DNA from: Camelus dromedarius
Lineage: Eukaryota
NCBI RefSeq assembly: GCF_036321535.1
Contig: NC_087437.1
Span: forward strand, 62,188,001-62,252,000
Direction: 5' to 3'
DNA length: 64,000 nucleotides
Shown here: positions 63,391-64,000 of the stretch, in pieces
Layout of the letters: every line of letters begins with the position of its first letter
How positions within the stretch are numbered: the first letter of the stretch is position 1
Position numbers and translations under genes: made by a program
The notes under the pieces: model-generated
What the model saw: only the letters and a program-made list of their open reading frames with translations
Databases searched by the model: none
Told to the model about the DNA's origin: nothing

Positions 63391-64000
63391 CTGTTTATTG
63401 CAGGCCAGTTATTCCTCAATAATAAGCCTGTTAAAAAAAATACATTTGAGAGCCCTTGTCACCAAAATTCTGCAATGCCCCAATTTAAACTAAAGCAGTT
63501 ACATAGTTTCAAGTCCTAACTAAATCAGATGTACTATAACAATCCAGGCAAACTGGAAAAAAAAATCTTCTGAATTAGAGTAGTCTGAAGTATATTTTTG
63601 AAAGAAGTGCACTTCAAACACTTAAATCACATGCACATGAAAAATAATGCTTTACAAAGTCATGCTAAGAAGGGTCCTTATATCAGCTAATTTAATGGAT
63701 AGAATATAGTTTAATTAGCATAGTGATTGTATCAGTGATTTCTTCTGAAATTTCTTAGAAGTTAGTTTGATCTTAAGAAATTTAAATATTTCCCAGAAAT
63801 CTATTCACAGGCAAGTATGACATCAAATTTCAGGCCAATTTTTTCATCTAAAATTTAGCCAATTTAGAATCTAAATGATGACAAATAAGTAGGACCAGTT
63901 AATAAAATGTTTATGTTTAGTTTCTTCCTTCAGACAATGTCAAAATATTTTAGGAGAATTCTCTTTCCAATTGCAGATATTAATGCAAATCTAAAATTTA

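Larger units (their letters stand above)
58590..63440 (+). mobile_element. Long degenerate L1 (L1MC/MD-like): ORF2 relic and 3'UTR
   Basis: A-rich strand with broken ORF2 peptides (YRTFHLTTEEY, YKQLYANKFDN, DKDVEQLELS); ends 'cctcaataataagcctgttaaaaaaaa'. Confidence 0.9.

Noticed and set aside
1..64000. Scattered TGA(G/C)TCA AP-1 sites; CRISPR-like or prokaryotic systems
   Set aside because: The AP-1 count looks compatible with chance. No repeat-spacer arrays or operon-like structure were seen, and the sequence is mammalian intron.
63450..64000. AT-rich segment that might be a very old coding TE relic
   Set aside because: No motif could be assigned with confidence; this needs a Dfam search.

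Overview
Mammalian genomic DNA, most likely camelid (camel, alpaca or vicuna), judged from three copies of a tRNA-Ala(AGC)-derived SINE matching the camelid Vic-1 type. The whole window lies inside one + strand gene, SLC12A8 (cation-chloride cotransporter family, CCC9). Seven consecutive internal coding exons are present (approximately exons 6-12 by my recollection of human numbering): 20386-20499, 34297-34384, 35935-36022, 43031-43177, 47187-47832, 57702-57796 and 58340-58457. All have AG/GT boundaries and compatible phases, and together give 1296 nt of open frame. The start and stop codons lie outside the window. The rest is intron filled with transposon relics (L1, L2/MIR, CR1/L3, MaLR/ERV LTRs, hAT and Tigger MITEs, young SINEs) and microsatellites. 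Nearly all ORF-track entries are spurious. I found no convincing new multi-gene system. The most interesting items are a ~510 bp orphan insertion carrying a well-formed 40-nt exon, a probable L1 3' transduction, an intact MER41-like solo LTR, sorting motifs in the SLC12A8-specific cytoplasmic insert, and a half-retained Na+-site signature. Repeat family names come from recalled consensus sequences and were not searched; edges of old repeats are approximate.
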